64,000 bases of DNA, taken from NCBI GenBank assembly GCA_041659765.1, contig JBAZXR010000001.1, positions 467,338 to 531,337 of the forward strand. Reading direction: 5' to 3'. A program made the translations under genes and the position numbers. This document shows, piece by piece, positions 1-9,925 of the stretch. This DNA comes from Patescibacteria group bacterium. Lineage in GTDB: Bacteria; Patescibacteriota; Patescibacteriia; UBA9934. The notes beneath the pieces were generated by a model. It had not been told where the DNA came from. It worked only from the letters and a program-made list of their open reading frames with translations, and searched no databases. Numbering within the stretch: position 1 is the first letter of the stretch; each line of letters opens with the position of its first letter.

Positions 1-650
1 TGATCAGCGGGCTCGATGAGCGTTGTCTTCACGCCGACCGAAGCAAAAAAAGTAGCAAATTCACAGCCCACTGGTCCCCCGCCAATAATCGCGATCGATT
101 TTGGCAAACGCGGCAGGCTAACGGCATCAGCATAACCGAGCACCTCAACATCCTCTAGGCCGGCAATCGGCGGAACCAAATCGGTAGTGCCGGTAGCTAT
201 AACAATCGACTTCGCCTTCAGCACTCGCGAACCAGCTCGCAAAGTATGGGCATCTTCAAAAACTGCCTTGCCTCTTATCACATCAACCCCCTGACTTTTC
301 AGATAATTCTCAAGGCGGCCACCACCGACGATCGCCTGGATCACCGACTCTTTTCGGGCCATGGCTCGCTTTAGATCAAATCGCGGAGAGCCAAGTACGC
401 CGAACTCTAGACCATCTTTAAGAAAACTTTTGTACATCTTGGCCGAGGCGAGCAACGACTTGGTAGGCACGCAGGCTCGGTTGGGACACTCTCCGCCGAG
501 ATTTCCTGATTCAATCAAGCAAATACGTGATGCCCCAGCTGCCTTAGCCCCTTCAACCGCGGCCATGCCGGCACCCCCGCCGCCAATAATCACCACCTCA
601 AAAGTTGTGGAAGCAGAGGAGGTTGCGGATAGCTTGGAAGATCGTTTCAT
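1..650 (-). CDS. FAD-dependent pyridine nucleotide-disulfide oxidoreductase (dihydrolipoyl dehydrogenase / mercuric reductase class I family), N-terminal part; gene continues past window start
   Basis: Minus-strand translation from ATG (rc of cat at 648-650) gives MKRSSKLSATSSASTTFEVVIIGGGGAGMAAV...GGECPNRACVPTK (FAD GxGxxG plus redox-active CxxxxC) and later IAIIGGGPVGCEF (second dinucleotide fold); open to position 1. Absent from ORF track because incomplete. The + ORF 361..684 is its shadow. Confidence 0.75.
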   Translation of the reverse strand, partial: MKRSSKLSATSSASTTFEVVIIGGGGAGMAAVEGAKAAGASRICLIESGNLGGECPNRACVPTKSLLASAKMYKSFLKDGLEFGVLGSPRFDLKRAMARKESVIQAIVGGGRLENYLKSQGVDVIRGKAVFEDAHTLRAGSRVLKAKSIVIATGTTDLVPPIAGLEDVEVLGYADAVSLPRLPKSIAIIGGGPVGCEFATFFASVGVKTTLIEPAD

Positions 651-653
651 ACT

Positions 654-1661
654 TTATCTGAAGATGGTTCTGGCTTCGTCATAAAGCCGCGAGTTGCCAT
701 GAGCCTTTAGGAAGTACCACCATTCTACGCCCCACAAATATACCTCAGAAAACCCGGTTCGTTTGGCAAAAGCTACATGGTCGCGCAACCGTTCTGCAGG
801 GAAAGCCGTATACGCCTTAGCCAAATCTTCCGGCATATTGCCACCGTCAAACCACGGCTCGGCCTGAAGCTCAGAAATGATAGTTTGCTTCACCCAGAGG
901 GCAATGGTTTGGCGCTCGACTGCATACCAAGCCGCAGAATGCGGGTAAACCACCGGACCAATATGCTTGTTCCACACCACCCTATACAGACTTACCCCAA
1001 GCACATCAGCACTCTTAGCCAGATCTAGCCACGGTTCGCTTTCACCGCTGACGGTTAGCTGAATATCATGTGTAGGATCCGTTAACCGAACTGCTTCAAT
1101 CTCTCGCTTGAGTAAACTTAGGTCAGGCGGAGGACAAAGACCAAAAGGAAACAGCGGCTCGTTCTCTACTTGATAGCGCAAGAGTGCCGGACTGTCTTTG
1201 TAGCGTTCCACAGTAGTCTCAAGGAAACCTACTAGATCATCACCGTAGGCCGGCGTCCCAATTTCGTCCTGAATAAAAGCTGGCAAATGGCATTCTGGCC
1301 AACGTGGAACTTTGGCTCCGATAACTAGCGTAATCTTCACCCCGCGTTTAGCGGCTTCCTGCATGAAGTAATCCGTCTCCTGCCAATCATACTGGCCGCG
1401 TATTTTCTCAGTCTCGTTCCAGTAAACCGGCACGCGAATGTACTTCACTCCTAGATCATCCATGAGGCTCAGGTACGTCTCCCAAGCGTTCAATTTGAGA
1501 TACCTGGCCTGAGGCGCAGAAAACGTCACCCCAAAGTTAACTGATCGCGGCCATAGAAATATTTTACCGAAGACAAGCGTCGCGACGAGAAAAAGGAGGA
1601 CAAAGAAAAGTCCTCCGAGCACCTGAGGAACACGCAGATTAAATTTGTTCGCGTTTTTCAC
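654..1661 (-). CDS. Membrane-anchored glycoside hydrolase, clan GH-A (GH5-like cellulase/mannanase fold)
   Basis: N-terminal TM (LGGLFFVLLFLVATLVF) then a domain with RYQVENEPLF, the conserved NEP acid/base motif of clan GH-A (family 5-like). Family assignment is from motif only. Confidence 0.5.
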   Translation of the reverse strand: MKNANKFNLRVPQVLGGLFFVLLFLVATLVFGKIFLWPRSVNFGVTFSAPQARYLKLNAWETYLSLMDDLGVKYIRVPVYWNETEKIRGQYDWQETDYFMQEAAKRGVKITLVIGAKVPRWPECHLPAFIQDEIGTPAYGDDLVGFLETTVERYKDSPALLRYQVENEPLFPFGLCPPPDLSLLKREIEAVRLTDPTHDIQLTVSGESEPWLDLAKSADVLGVSLYRVVWNKHIGPVVYPHSAAWYAVERQTIALWVKQTIISELQAEPWFDGGNMPEDLAKAYTAFPAERLRDHVAFAKRTGFSEVYLWGVEWWYFLKAHGNSRLYDEARTIFR

Positions 1662-3207
1662 GGATATAAGCTAGCCAACCCTCAATAAACTGAATGGCGA
1701 CTTTAAGCGGAGCTTCAATGATGAAGTCAAAGAAATAAATAAACACATTGATTTTAGAAACTTTTTCTGATAGCCAAGAGCCGGCACGAACTATCGGCAA
1801 GAGCAAAATATCAAAGATGGTGCCAAAGAAGCCGCTCCTGGAATCAGAAGCGATCACGTCATTGGCGCTGGTACGAATACGGATACCGAAGAACGTTACC
1901 AGCGAGATAAAGAACAGGAAGAGACCGATGGACAACGCATGGAACTGAGCCAAGTGCAGCACCCAGGCAATAGCTCCGTAGACGCCAGCGAATAATAAGG
2001 CGTATATAGCGTCAAAGAAAATTTGCCACTTGCCACGAACGATCCGTTTCACGCGCACATGAAGAACCGGATGGTCAGCGCCAACCGAGAGCGCACGGAT
2101 TGCATTTTTATAGTCCTCGGTATTTTGTTTCTCCGGGATCTTAATGGTGAGCGAAATAATGGCCAAGAAAATAGGATGGAACAGAATATTTACGAAGAGC
2201 GGATAAAGCGGAGCCTTGCCCTGAAAAAAGATGGCATCATAAGGCACTTCCAACAACATCGCCAAAAACATCTTCGTGATGATCAAGAAAATAATAGCTC
2301 GGACGGTGGTGCGGCGGAGGCGAACCTTAAAATCCTTAGTTCTGACCGAGAGCGCCTCAGTCACGGCCGAATCAAGCTCGGCCGGATCCTCATGAACGTC
2401 TTCCTTGGCACCCTTCAGGACATCGCCGAGCACACGGAAGATGCCGGCGCGTCTACGCAATAGTCTAGTCAGCCGCTCGGTTAGCGGATGTGTAATCTGG
2501 CCCTCAATAGCACTAACTACAGCCGGGAGATTAGCCGCAATCTCGGCCACGAGCGGATCTGTGGCCGTGGCTTCCCGCCAGGTAGGATAATAGAGAGTAA
2601 ATAAACGGAAACGCAGAGTAGCCGGGGTAGATTTCAAAAGCGAACGATGAACGGCCACGTAAAAACGCAAATCCTTATCTTCCGCTGAAATGGCTAAGGT
2701 CGGGTCCCATTCAGTGCGAACTTTCATCTCTTCATACATGAAGCTAGCCAGCGCCTCATCGGCATTGGGCGGTTGAAGCAAGTACTCAATCTCCGTCGCG
2801 AGGATATCGAGCACCACGTGAAAAAGTACATCTGCCTGTTCCTTGTCTACTTCGGCGGATTTAAGCAAGACTTCGTACTTCGCGAGAATCGGTGCGATCT
2901 GGTGGACAAAAGACGTTGGGACAACTTTGTTCGGCAAGTACTTCGCCCAAACTAGTTCACGCAGAAGATTTCCGGCGGTGCTTTCAAGACTAGCGTGCGT
3001 ACCAACGTAGCGTTTCAAAATTCGCAAAATTGCGTTGCGACGAAGCAAGTGCTCTTCCTGATACTCTAAAGAATTCCTAATTTTTTCGTAAATAGAGGCT
3101 GCGGTGGATGCCGGAGCGCTCACCTCAATAAACTCATCGCTCGCTTTAGAGCCAAAAGCCTTATCCGGAACTAGATGCTGGGCCAGGCGCAAAAGACGTT
3201 CGGACAT
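1639..3207 (-). CDS. Hypothetical polytopic membrane protein (about 280-aa soluble N-domain plus 5-6 C-terminal TM helices)
   Basis: 522-aa ORF with hydrophobic C-terminal half (IIFLIITKMFLAMLL, LFVNILFHPIFLAIISL, LLFAGVYGAIAWVL, IGLFLFFISLVTFFGI); no recognisable catalytic motif. Confidence 0.55.
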   Translation of the reverse strand: MSERLLRLAQHLVPDKAFGSKASDEFIEVSAPASTAASIYEKIRNSLEYQEEHLLRRNAILRILKRYVGTHASLESTAGNLLRELVWAKYLPNKVVPTSFVHQIAPILAKYEVLLKSAEVDKEQADVLFHVVLDILATEIEYLLQPPNADEALASFMYEEMKVRTEWDPTLAISAEDKDLRFYVAVHRSLLKSTPATLRFRLFTLYYPTWREATATDPLVAEIAANLPAVVSAIEGQITHPLTERLTRLLRRRAGIFRVLGDVLKGAKEDVHEDPAELDSAVTEALSVRTKDFKVRLRRTTVRAIIFLIITKMFLAMLLEVPYDAIFFQGKAPLYPLFVNILFHPIFLAIISLTIKIPEKQNTEDYKNAIRALSVGADHPVLHVRVKRIVRGKWQIFFDAIYALLFAGVYGAIAWVLHLAQFHALSIGLFLFFISLVTFFGIRIRTSANDVIASDSRSGFFGTIFDILLLPIVRAGSWLSEKVSKINVFIYFFDFIIEAPLKVAIQFIEGWLAYIREKREQI

Positions 3208-3210
3208 AAA

Positions 3211-3981
3211 TTAAAAGAAGTGCCGTTCTGATGTTTTCTTGCAAATATCGTAGGCTTCCTCTGCCGTATCCACAATCCTAACCAAATCTAGATCTTTTCT
3301 ATCAACGGCGTCCATCTTAGCATAAACCTCACTCTGAATCCAGTTCCATAGACCGCCCCAAAACTCCTTACCGACCAGGACGATGGGGATGTGTTCTGAC
3401 TTGCCAGTTTGGATCAACGTAATAATTTCAAACATCTCATCAAGCGTCCCGAACCCGCCTGGAAAAAAGACGTAGGCCTGGCTAGAAGCAGCCAGCATCA
3501 CCTTCCGGGTAAAGAAATAATAAAAGGCCTTGCTGTCAGTCACGTATGGATTGATTCTTTGCTCTTTAGGCAACTGAATGTTAAGACCAACGGAACGAGC
3601 TCCAACTTCAAATGCCCCTTTGTTAGCCGCCTCCATGATGCCAGGCCCGCCGCCAGTCACCACCGTAAAGCCTCCCTTGCCAAGCAAGGCGCCAAGTTTA
3701 ACCGCCTCTCCGTACCAGCGCTGGCCCGGCGGGATACGCGCCGAACCAAAAACTGAAACCTCTTTTTTTGTAGTAGACAAAAACTGGAAGCCCTCAACAA
3801 ACTCCGCCATGATCCGAAAAATTCGCCACGTGATATCACTCATGCGTGGCGGCGCACCTAGGTCACGACAAATTTTCTTTTCCTCATCCGTAAGCGGTAT
3901 CCTAGCGTGGGGATCATGCTGTTTCCCGCTCACAGATTTTGAGCCTCCGAACATATCCATACGGTAACTATTGTAACACAA
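3211..3981 (-). CDS. LOG family protein (cytokinin riboside 5'-monophosphate phosphoribohydrolase-like, TIGR00730)
   Basis: Motifs [17 protein letters not shown] and [13 protein letters not shown] typical of the LOG/lysine-decarboxylase-like Rossmann family; true start may be the internal MDMFGG. Confidence 0.8.
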   Translation of the reverse strand: MCYNSYRMDMFGGSKSVSGKQHDPHARIPLTDEEKKICRDLGAPPRMSDITWRIFRIMAEFVEGFQFLSTTKKEVSVFGSARIPPGQRWYGEAVKLGALLGKGGFTVVTGGGPGIMEAANKGAFEVGARSVGLNIQLPKEQRINPYVTDSKAFYYFFTRKVMLAASSQAYVFFPGGFGTLDEMFEIITLIQTGKSEHIPIVLVGKEFWGGLWNWIQSEVYAKMDAVDRKDLDLVRIVDTAEEAYDICKKTSERHFF

Positions 3982-3982
3982 A

Positions 3983-4018
3983 ACACGCGCCCCATTCAGA
4001 TGGAGCGCGTGTTTTTTT
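3983..4018. terminator. Bidirectional intrinsic terminator
   Basis: acacgcgc-N13-gcgcgtgt stem flanked by A-run upstream and ttttttt downstream; reads as hairpin+TTTTGTGTT on the minus strand immediately after the 4019 stop. Confidence 0.6.
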
Positions 4019-6091
4019 CTAGTGTGAGTTGAGAGCTGACCGGGTCTTCATGTTCGTCATGTTCACCGGGAAAGCAGTGTCAATCTCTTTTCCTAGCGTA
4101 AATTTCTTATAGAAGGCTGGGGACACGTCAATCACGTAGTCTGCCCAGTGAGTGCCAAACACATATTCGGCCGTCATCTCATTAGGAACCTCTCTTAGAA
4201 TGGTATTGCCAGAAGCGTCATTCTCCAGGGCGTACACTTCGGTAGCGCTCTGAATTTTGACGAGAACTGTTCCGGCCTTCGGCAAGACGAGAGACCCCAT
4301 TGGATAATTCGCCAAAGCTTCATCCGGCAAGGTCTTCACTACGTCCCATGAATCCTGGTAGGTGAAATAAGTTTGTTCGTCGATCAATACATGGCGCACC
4401 ATATCAGCACTCACGTAGTAGACGGTGGACCAAGAAGTTCCGCGAATATAATCGCCGGCCATGACGCCATTACCATCAACCAATGCGCTGTCAGTGGTAC
4501 CGAGCACCTGGGCTGGCGGGGCAACTGGGGTGATTACCGCCGCTGGTGCCGGGTCAATACCTGGAAGATTCGGAGCAATGTAACCGCTACCACCCCGACT
4601 ACCACCAGAAGACTGGTTTGTAGTGAAAGTAATGGTACGACGCGCTGTCCGATTGCCACGCAAGTCTGTCATGTCAAGCACTACGCCCCTGCGCATTGCT
4701 GCACCAATCTGTATGTGATACGTGTTATTAATCAGCAAATCTGTGTCCGGATTTAATGTCACAACAGGACCAAAGCCCCCAACTATACTGGATTGTTCCT
4801 GCAAACTAACGGAAGAAGAAGCAATGGAATCTGTTGAGATATCCTCCGAGAAAGTGAGCGCTAAATCTGACGACAAATTAGCCAGATTGCCACCGTCTGC
4901 AGGCGTTGATGACACAAGAACCGGAGCGGCTCCGTCAAAAACCTCTAACGTGGCATAAAACTGCTGATAGGCCCGGGACTGGTTGCCACTTGAATCAGTA
5001 AGCAGGAAGTCTGGACCATCAGTTACATCCGCAATAGAGAAAGCTGAACCAGCTCCCGTAGAAACTACAGAAGATTCAACCAACGGCAAACGGATCGTAG
5101 AGGAATCAACCGTAATCAGGTCAGTCGAGTCATTACCAAAACTTACACCGGCAAAACCACCATTTCCTACAATCATCAGGGAATTTGGTGCGAGCGAGCT
5201 CGAAGACGCACTCACGGTCTCCGTCAACTCAAGATCAAGGCTGTCAATCATGCCATCGGCATCACCATCAAGGTAAGTCAAAGACTTCATGAGCGGCTTA
5301 GCCAAGTCAACAACTGAAGCCTGGGGCTGTGCGCCCACGTTCAAATCAGGGTTCAAGAAGACATCGGACGCGCTATAAGTAGGCGTCGTAGCTAAGGCGA
5401 AGGCGCCAGAATCATCATGCGTGTCAATAGCTGAGCCTTCGCTCAACAGAACGGAAACCCATTTCATGTCTACACCAATTTCAAGATTACCGCTGATACC
5501 GTCTGGGCCAACGGCAGCTACGGTCGTACCCGTAAAATCACCGGCATTAGCTATTTCAAAACTACTAACAGAAAAGAAGGCTCCATCGGAAAGCGCCTCA
5601 GAATACCGGACAATCAAATGGTCGATTTTTCCGTTCCAGTTATCATCCGTATACTCGATTGAGCGGATCACCGGACCGGCGCCGTCTGTAGCCGTCACTG
5701 AACCGTCGGCAGAAGAACCGGAAGTATCAAGAACCCCGTTCACGAGAACGTTACAGGTAACACCGGTATCCATATATATCACACTCTCTTCAGTGATAGA
5801 GAGTGAGACGGAGTCAGGTCCAGTTGAAGCAGCTGCGGTAACTGGAAAAGCTGGAGTGAAAAAGGTGCAGCTAGCGGTAGAAAAATCCGAGGCGGCCAAA
5901 GAAGTCGCGTCAATCGGGCCGGAAAAAGTGACATCAATGTGATCGAGTCGACCGTTATGATCAGCGTCTCGCATGACAGCGCCGGAAACCGTGGTGACAG
6001 AAACCGCGAACGCCGCAGAAGGCAGCGCGGCAACGCCTGAACCCACTAACATCAATGAAAAAATACCGGCGATAGATTTACGAATATTCAT
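4019..6091 (-). CDS. Secreted/surface repeat protein (signal peptide; three ~100-aa internal repeats; S/T/D/G-rich)
   Basis: Start at internal [29 protein letters not shown] (signal peptide) rather than track start 6127; repeats [17 protein letters not shown] / [17 protein letters not shown] / [16 protein letters not shown]. Confidence 0.7.
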   Translation of the reverse strand: MNIRKSIAGIFSLMLVGSGVAALPSAAFAVSVTTVSGAVMRDADHNGRLDHIDVTFSGPIDATSLAASDFSTASCTFFTPAFPVTAAASTGPDSVSLSITEESVIYMDTGVTCNVLVNGVLDTSGSSADGSVTATDGAGPVIRSIEYTDDNWNGKIDHLIVRYSEALSDGAFFSVSSFEIANAGDFTGTTVAAVGPDGISGNLEIGVDMKWVSVLLSEGSAIDTHDDSGAFALATTPTYSASDVFLNPDLNVGAQPQASVVDLAKPLMKSLTYLDGDADGMIDSLDLELTETVSASSSSLAPNSLMIVGNGGFAGVSFGNDSTDLITVDSSTIRLPLVESSVVSTGAGSAFSIADVTDGPDFLLTDSSGNQSRAYQQFYATLEVFDGAAPVLVSSTPADGGNLANLSSDLALTFSEDISTDSIASSSVSLQEQSSIVGGFGPVVTLNPDTDLLINNTYHIQIGAAMRRGVVLDMTDLRGNRTARRTITFTTNQSSGGSRGGSGYIAPNLPGIDPAPAAVITPVAPPAQVLGTTDSALVDGNGVMAGDYIRGTSWSTVYYVSADMVRHVLIDEQTYFTYQDSWDVVKTLPDEALANYPMGSLVLPKAGTVLVKIQSATEVYALENDASGNTILREVPNEMTAEYVFGTHWADYVIDVSPAFYKKFTLGKEIDTAFPVNMTNMKTRSALNSH

Positions 6092-6117
6092 AGGAATAAC
6101 AATAATTACTGCGCGAA

Positions 6118-6146
6118 ATAGTAACATAAAAACCGACTTTTGTCAA
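6118..6146 (-). promoter_or_regulatory. Sigma70-like promoter TTGACA-N17-TACTAT for surface protein gene
   Basis: Minus strand reads ttgacaaaagtcggtttttatgttactat, 20-25 nt upstream of ATG 6091. Confidence 0.55.
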
Positions 6147-6174
6147 TGTAAAAGCCAGTTTTACAAGGCTGTTT

Positions 6175-7446
6175 CTACTGTTTCCTTAGGAATCCTCGGG
6201 CATCAAGTACAACCCCGCTGCGAACCCGTGTTCGAAGTTCGGACAACGAGTAAGAGGCGAATTCTGGCCATTCCGTTAACAGGGCCAAGGCGTCTGCACC
6301 GCGCAGGGATGATTCTGGATCAAGCGCCACCTCAACCAAAGGGAACTGCCCCCTAATTTTCTCCCCAACTTTTGGATCACACGTAACAACAGATGCGCCT
6401 TCGCGCAACAAACGATCAATAAAGTATAACGCCGGGGATTCGCGCGTGTCATCCGTTCCCGCTTTATAAGAAACACCCCAGAGAACGATACGTTTCCCGC
6501 GCACTCCGCCAAGCGAGTTCGATAACGATTCATACATTCGTACGCGCTGGCCTACGTTTACCCGGTCAACCTCCGGAATGATCTGAAACCTGTAGCCTGC
6601 CTCTTTGCCGGCAACTACTAGAGCCCGCACATCTTTTGGCAAACAACTTCCGCCATAGCCAATGCCTGGTTTTAAAAACTTCGGCCCGATACGGCTATCA
6701 AGACCCATGCCCTTGGCCACATCCTGGGCGGAAGCACCAACAAGCTCGGCGTAATTAGCGATCTCATTAATAAAACTAATTTTTGTGGCGAGAAAGGCGT
6801 TCGCTGCGTATTTAGTAAGTTCACTGGTGGGAATATTTGTAGAAACCAACGGAATACCGCGGGCGATGAGCGGTGCATAGAGCTCGCGCAAAGCTGATTC
6901 GCCAGTCTCGCCTTCTGATCCAATAATAATGCGCTCAGGTTCGAGCGAATCTTTGACCGCACTGCCCTCGGCTAAAAATTCAGGATTTGAAGCAACCGCA
7001 TATGGCTGCGTCACACCGCGCAAACGTAGTTCCTCGCCGATAATTTCCTGACAGTGCTTGCCCGTGCCCGGCGGAACTGTAGAGCGGACAACAAACACGC
7101 TTCCCCGCTCAATGCCTCGCCCAAAATCACGTGCAACGTCATAGACCGCAGAAAGGTCAGCGGCGCCGTTGGGGAGTGGCGGCGTACCGACAGAACAAAG
7201 CACGATATCTGTCTGCGCGACGGTATCAAGCGTGGCGGCAGAAATGATCAAATTCCCCGTTGAAAGACCCGCAGAAAACAGCTCGGGCAAGCCGGGCTCA
7301 AAAAACGGCAAATCGCCCCTCTTCAGGGCGATGATCCTCTCTTCACGATTGTCCGTTAAAACGACATCGTGTCCCAGGTGTGCAAGCACGGCTGCGGAAA
7401 TAATCCCCACCCAACCGGCCCCAACCACAGTTACTTTCATACCCAT
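6175..7446 (-). CDS. ugd: UDP-glucose 6-dehydrogenase (nucleotide-sugar dehydrogenase family)
   Basis: N-terminal GAGWVGI Rossmann, GGSCLPKD catalytic-Cys motif, C-terminal UDP-binding domain. Confidence 0.85.
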   Translation of the reverse strand: MGMKVTVVGAGWVGIISAAVLAHLGHDVVLTDNREERIIALKRGDLPFFEPGLPELFSAGLSTGNLIISAATLDTVAQTDIVLCSVGTPPLPNGAADLSAVYDVARDFGRGIERGSVFVVRSTVPPGTGKHCQEIIGEELRLRGVTQPYAVASNPEFLAEGSAVKDSLEPERIIIGSEGETGESALRELYAPLIARGIPLVSTNIPTSELTKYAANAFLATKISFINEIANYAELVGASAQDVAKGMGLDSRIGPKFLKPGIGYGGSCLPKDVRALVVAGKEAGYRFQIIPEVDRVNVGQRVRMYESLSNSLGGVRGKRIVLWGVSYKAGTDDTRESPALYFIDRLLREGASVVTCDPKVGEKIRGQFPLVEVALDPESSLRGADALALLTEWPEFASYSLSELRTRVRSGVVLDARGFLRKQ

Positions 7447-7464
7447 CAGGTTTCAGGTGTCAGG

Positions 7465-8025
7465 TTAAAACGACGCCTCGGCCACCTTCTGCCCTTTTTG
7501 GTCGGCTGATTTCTGCTCCTTCATGATGACGAGCGTCCGGTAAGCGTCAGGTTCAGCAATACCACTAAGCGCGCCCGCCGTAAAGTCCGCTACCCAGCTG
7601 CCATCCGCTCTCGGCGACAAGTCCCCCATTCGCTTAACATCGGCCAATCCATCTTTCAAGAGCCAGACTGCGTACGTTTGAGTGAGACCGTCTATTCCTG
7701 GAAGATACACGATCAAGTGATAATCGGCACTTTTTTCTCCAGGGGTTCTATTTGCCACACCCGTCGCTTTACCGTCAGTTGAAGAAATAATATCCGAGCG
7801 GAAAAGCATGGGTTCGGCCGCGGAAACTGAGCCAGGAGAAAGTAAATCGGTCACCGTCCCGGAACCAGCCGCAATTTTTTCCGTAGTTGACGCACCGCCG
7901 CGCAGCCAATTCATACCGCCCCAAAATAGCCCTCCTCCAAGGACAATAAGAAAAGCTGAAGACAAGAGCGACCGGCCAAATGAGGATCGTTTTCGGCGAG
8001 TGTGCCGAAAAACGCGTTGGGTCAT
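7465..8025 (-). CDS. Hypothetical membrane-anchored protein
   Basis: 186-aa ORF with N-terminal TM (LLSSAFLIVLGGGLFWGGM); no motif recognised. Confidence 0.5.
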   Translation of the reverse strand: MTQRVFRHTRRKRSSFGRSLLSSAFLIVLGGGLFWGGMNWLRGGASTTEKIAAGSGTVTDLLSPGSVSAAEPMLFRSDIISSTDGKATGVANRTPGEKSADYHLIVYLPGIDGLTQTYAVWLLKDGLADVKRMGDLSPRADGSWVADFTAGALSGIAEPDAYRTLVIMKEQKSADQKGQKVAEASF

Positions 8026-8027
8026 AA

Positions 8028-9200
8028 TTAGGCCTGGAGGATTGCGCGCCTAATACTCTCCGCAGGGTTCTCCTCCAAGATGCTAGGTAGTATACACTGT
8101 TTTTCTGGGCTTTTTACTGTCCCAGCCAGAGCCTGTGCAGCAGCCAGTTTCATCTTCGAGGTTAGTCGGCGAACACGGCCATCGAGCAAGCCTCGAAACA
8201 GTCCGGGATACACGAGAACATTGTTAACTTGATTTGGATAATCAGAACGTCCAGTGGCGATAACTTCCGCTCCCCCAACAAGCGCTTCTTCCGGCATTAT
8301 TTCCGGCGTGGGATTCGCCAGCGCAAAGATAATTGAGCGCGGAGCCATGGTCGAAACCATCTCGCGGGTCACGAGACCTGGACGACTCACGCCGATAAAC
8401 ACATCAGCGTCTTTAAGAGCATCGGCGAGCGTTCCAAGTTTCCCGTCGAGGTTAATGATCTTCGCGAGTCTATCTTTTTCTGAGTTCATTTTCTCACGGC
8501 CGAGGGCGATAATGCCGACAGAGTCGAGAAGATCAATCTTCGTGGCGCCTGCGTCGATCAAAAGCTGAGTGATCGCAATGCCTGCCGCACCAGCGCCACT
8601 AATAACCATGCGAACATTCGACAATTCCTTCCCGACAACTTTCAAAGCATTGAACAGTCCACCAACAACCACAATCGCCGTGCAGTGCTGATCGTCGTGC
8701 ATGACGGGAATGTCGAGCTCCTCGGTTAATCGACGCTCAATCTCGAAGCATGCCGGAGCTGCGATATCTTCAAGATGGATTCCTCCGAACGTCGGCGCAA
8801 TCATTTTCACGGCCTGCACAATGTCGTCGACGTTCTTACTCGCAAGGACAATCGGCATGGCGTCTATGTCTGCATACTTCTTGTACAAGACCGCCTTCCC
8901 TTCCATCACCGGGAGTCCCGCCATCGGACCAATATCGCCCAAACCAAGCACCGAAGTGCCATCGCTTACCACCGCCACCGTGTTGCCCTTCATGGTCAGC
9001 TCGTAAGCAAGCTCCGGGTTCTTCTGAATCGCCAAACACGGCTCAGCTACGCCCGGGGTGTACGCAATAGATAAATCATCCTTGGTTTCAAGGGGCATCT
9101 TTGAAGTAATGGCCCATTTACCCTTCTTTTCTTTATGAGCAGCTAAGGAGAGCGCGGCGTAGTCTTTCTTTTCCATAAAACGAAAGTTATCGTTGGGCAA
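8028..9200 (-). CDS. NAD(P)-dependent malic enzyme (short form)
   Basis: LSIAYTPGVAEPC, VVSDGTSVLGLGDIGP, GIHLEDI and GAGAAGIAI motifs of malic enzyme N-terminal and NAD domains. Confidence 0.85.
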   Translation of the reverse strand: MPNDNFRFMEKKDYAALSLAAHKEKKGKWAITSKMPLETKDDLSIAYTPGVAEPCLAIQKNPELAYELTMKGNTVAVVSDGTSVLGLGDIGPMAGLPVMEGKAVLYKKYADIDAMPIVLASKNVDDIVQAVKMIAPTFGGIHLEDIAAPACFEIERRLTEELDIPVMHDDQHCTAIVVVGGLFNALKVVGKELSNVRMVISGAGAAGIAITQLLIDAGATKIDLLDSVGIIALGREKMNSEKDRLAKIINLDGKLGTLADALKDADVFIGVSRPGLVTREMVSTMAPRSIIFALANPTPEIMPEEALVGGAEVIATGRSDYPNQVNNVLVYPGLFRGLLDGRVRRLTSKMKLAAAQALAGTVKSPEKQCILPSILEENPAESIRRAILQA

Positions 9201-9615
9201 AATATTCTGTCACTGCCGTATATTCCTCCTCATTTGAGAACTCCTCTCGCATGAATGTTTTCTCGTTCGGGTTGATCCATTCAGCGCCGGCATGCTCGTC
9301 CGATAACACTTCAGTGCCCGAGACGTACTCGGCTTCAAATACCGTGAGAAATACGTATCGATCCATGGTCTTGAGATATCTGCGAAACTGGCATGCGACT
9401 GCACCGAGCGTATAAACGATGCCTTCACCCAGCTCTTCCCGAATTTCGCGGGTAAGCGCGTTCTGCAATGGCGTAGTGTATTCGTCGTTATCAATGCGGC
9501 CGCCAGGAAAGTCGTATTTGCCACTATGCATCTTTAAAAACAGATATTTCCCGTCTTTCTTCAAAAGAATCTTCTGACCCACATGAAAAAGCCCGTAGTC
9601 TTTCTTCATTTCCAT
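9187..9615 (-). CDS. NUDIX hydrolase
   Basis: Nudix box GGRIDNDEYTTPLQNALTREIREELGE. Confidence 0.8.
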   Translation of the reverse strand: MEMKKDYGLFHVGQKILLKKDGKYLFLKMHSGKYDFPGGRIDNDEYTTPLQNALTREIREELGEGIVYTLGAVACQFRRYLKTMDRYVFLTVFEAEYVSGTEVLSDEHAGAEWINPNEKTFMREEFSNEEEYTAVTEYFAQR

Positions 9616-9672
9616 AGTGAGAGGATATTACTCCCAGACCCTGACGCCAGGAAGGGTCTAGAGGTGGATGAA

Positions 9673-9713
9673 TTAGAAAGTGCCCGGGATTCCTGTAATA
9701 TCTTTCAAGGAGG
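9673..9713 (+). promoter_or_regulatory. Promoter TTAGAA-N17-TAATAT plus AAGGAGG SD for small ORF
   Basis: ttagaaagtgcccgggattcctgtaatat, then ctttcaaggaggttcga ATG. Confidence 0.5.
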
Positions 9714-9718
9714 TTCGA

Positions 9719-9877
9719 ATGTCTCGTGGGAAGCCGAAGGACAAGACAGAGAAGCAGAATCCGCAGAAGAAACCTGTGAACCGGTACCTGATCATCAAGC
9801 CCGCGCTAGAAGCGGACGCAAAGCTCGCGACCCGATCAATGCAGGTCATTCGTCACCGCCATTGCAAGGTGCGCTAG
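9719..9877 (+). CDS. Small lysine-rich basic protein (52 aa), unknown function
   Basis: MSRGKPKDKTEKQNPQKKPVNRYLIIKPALEADAKLATRSMQVIRHRHCKVR; perfect AAGGAGG 6 nt upstream, own promoter, followed by hairpin and T8 run. Confidence 0.5.
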   Translation: MSRGKPKDKTEKQNPQKKPVNRYLIIKPALEADAKLATRSMQVIRHRHCKVR

Positions 9878-9885
9878 TTCAAATC

Positions 9886-9925
9886 GTCGCCACCGCCCGG
9901 AACCACGCCGAGCGGTATTTTTTTT
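9886..9925. terminator. Putative terminator (weak stem ccgc..gcgg + T8) shared by small ORF and convergent helicase
   Basis: ccgcccggaaccacgccgagcgg followed by tattttttttag; overlaps helicase stop at 9924. Confidence 0.4.

Noticed and set aside
361-684. Plus-strand ORF of 107 aa
   Set aside because: Shadow frame of the minus-strand pyridine nucleotide-disulfide oxidoreductase, which has canonical FAD/NAD and CxxxxC motifs.
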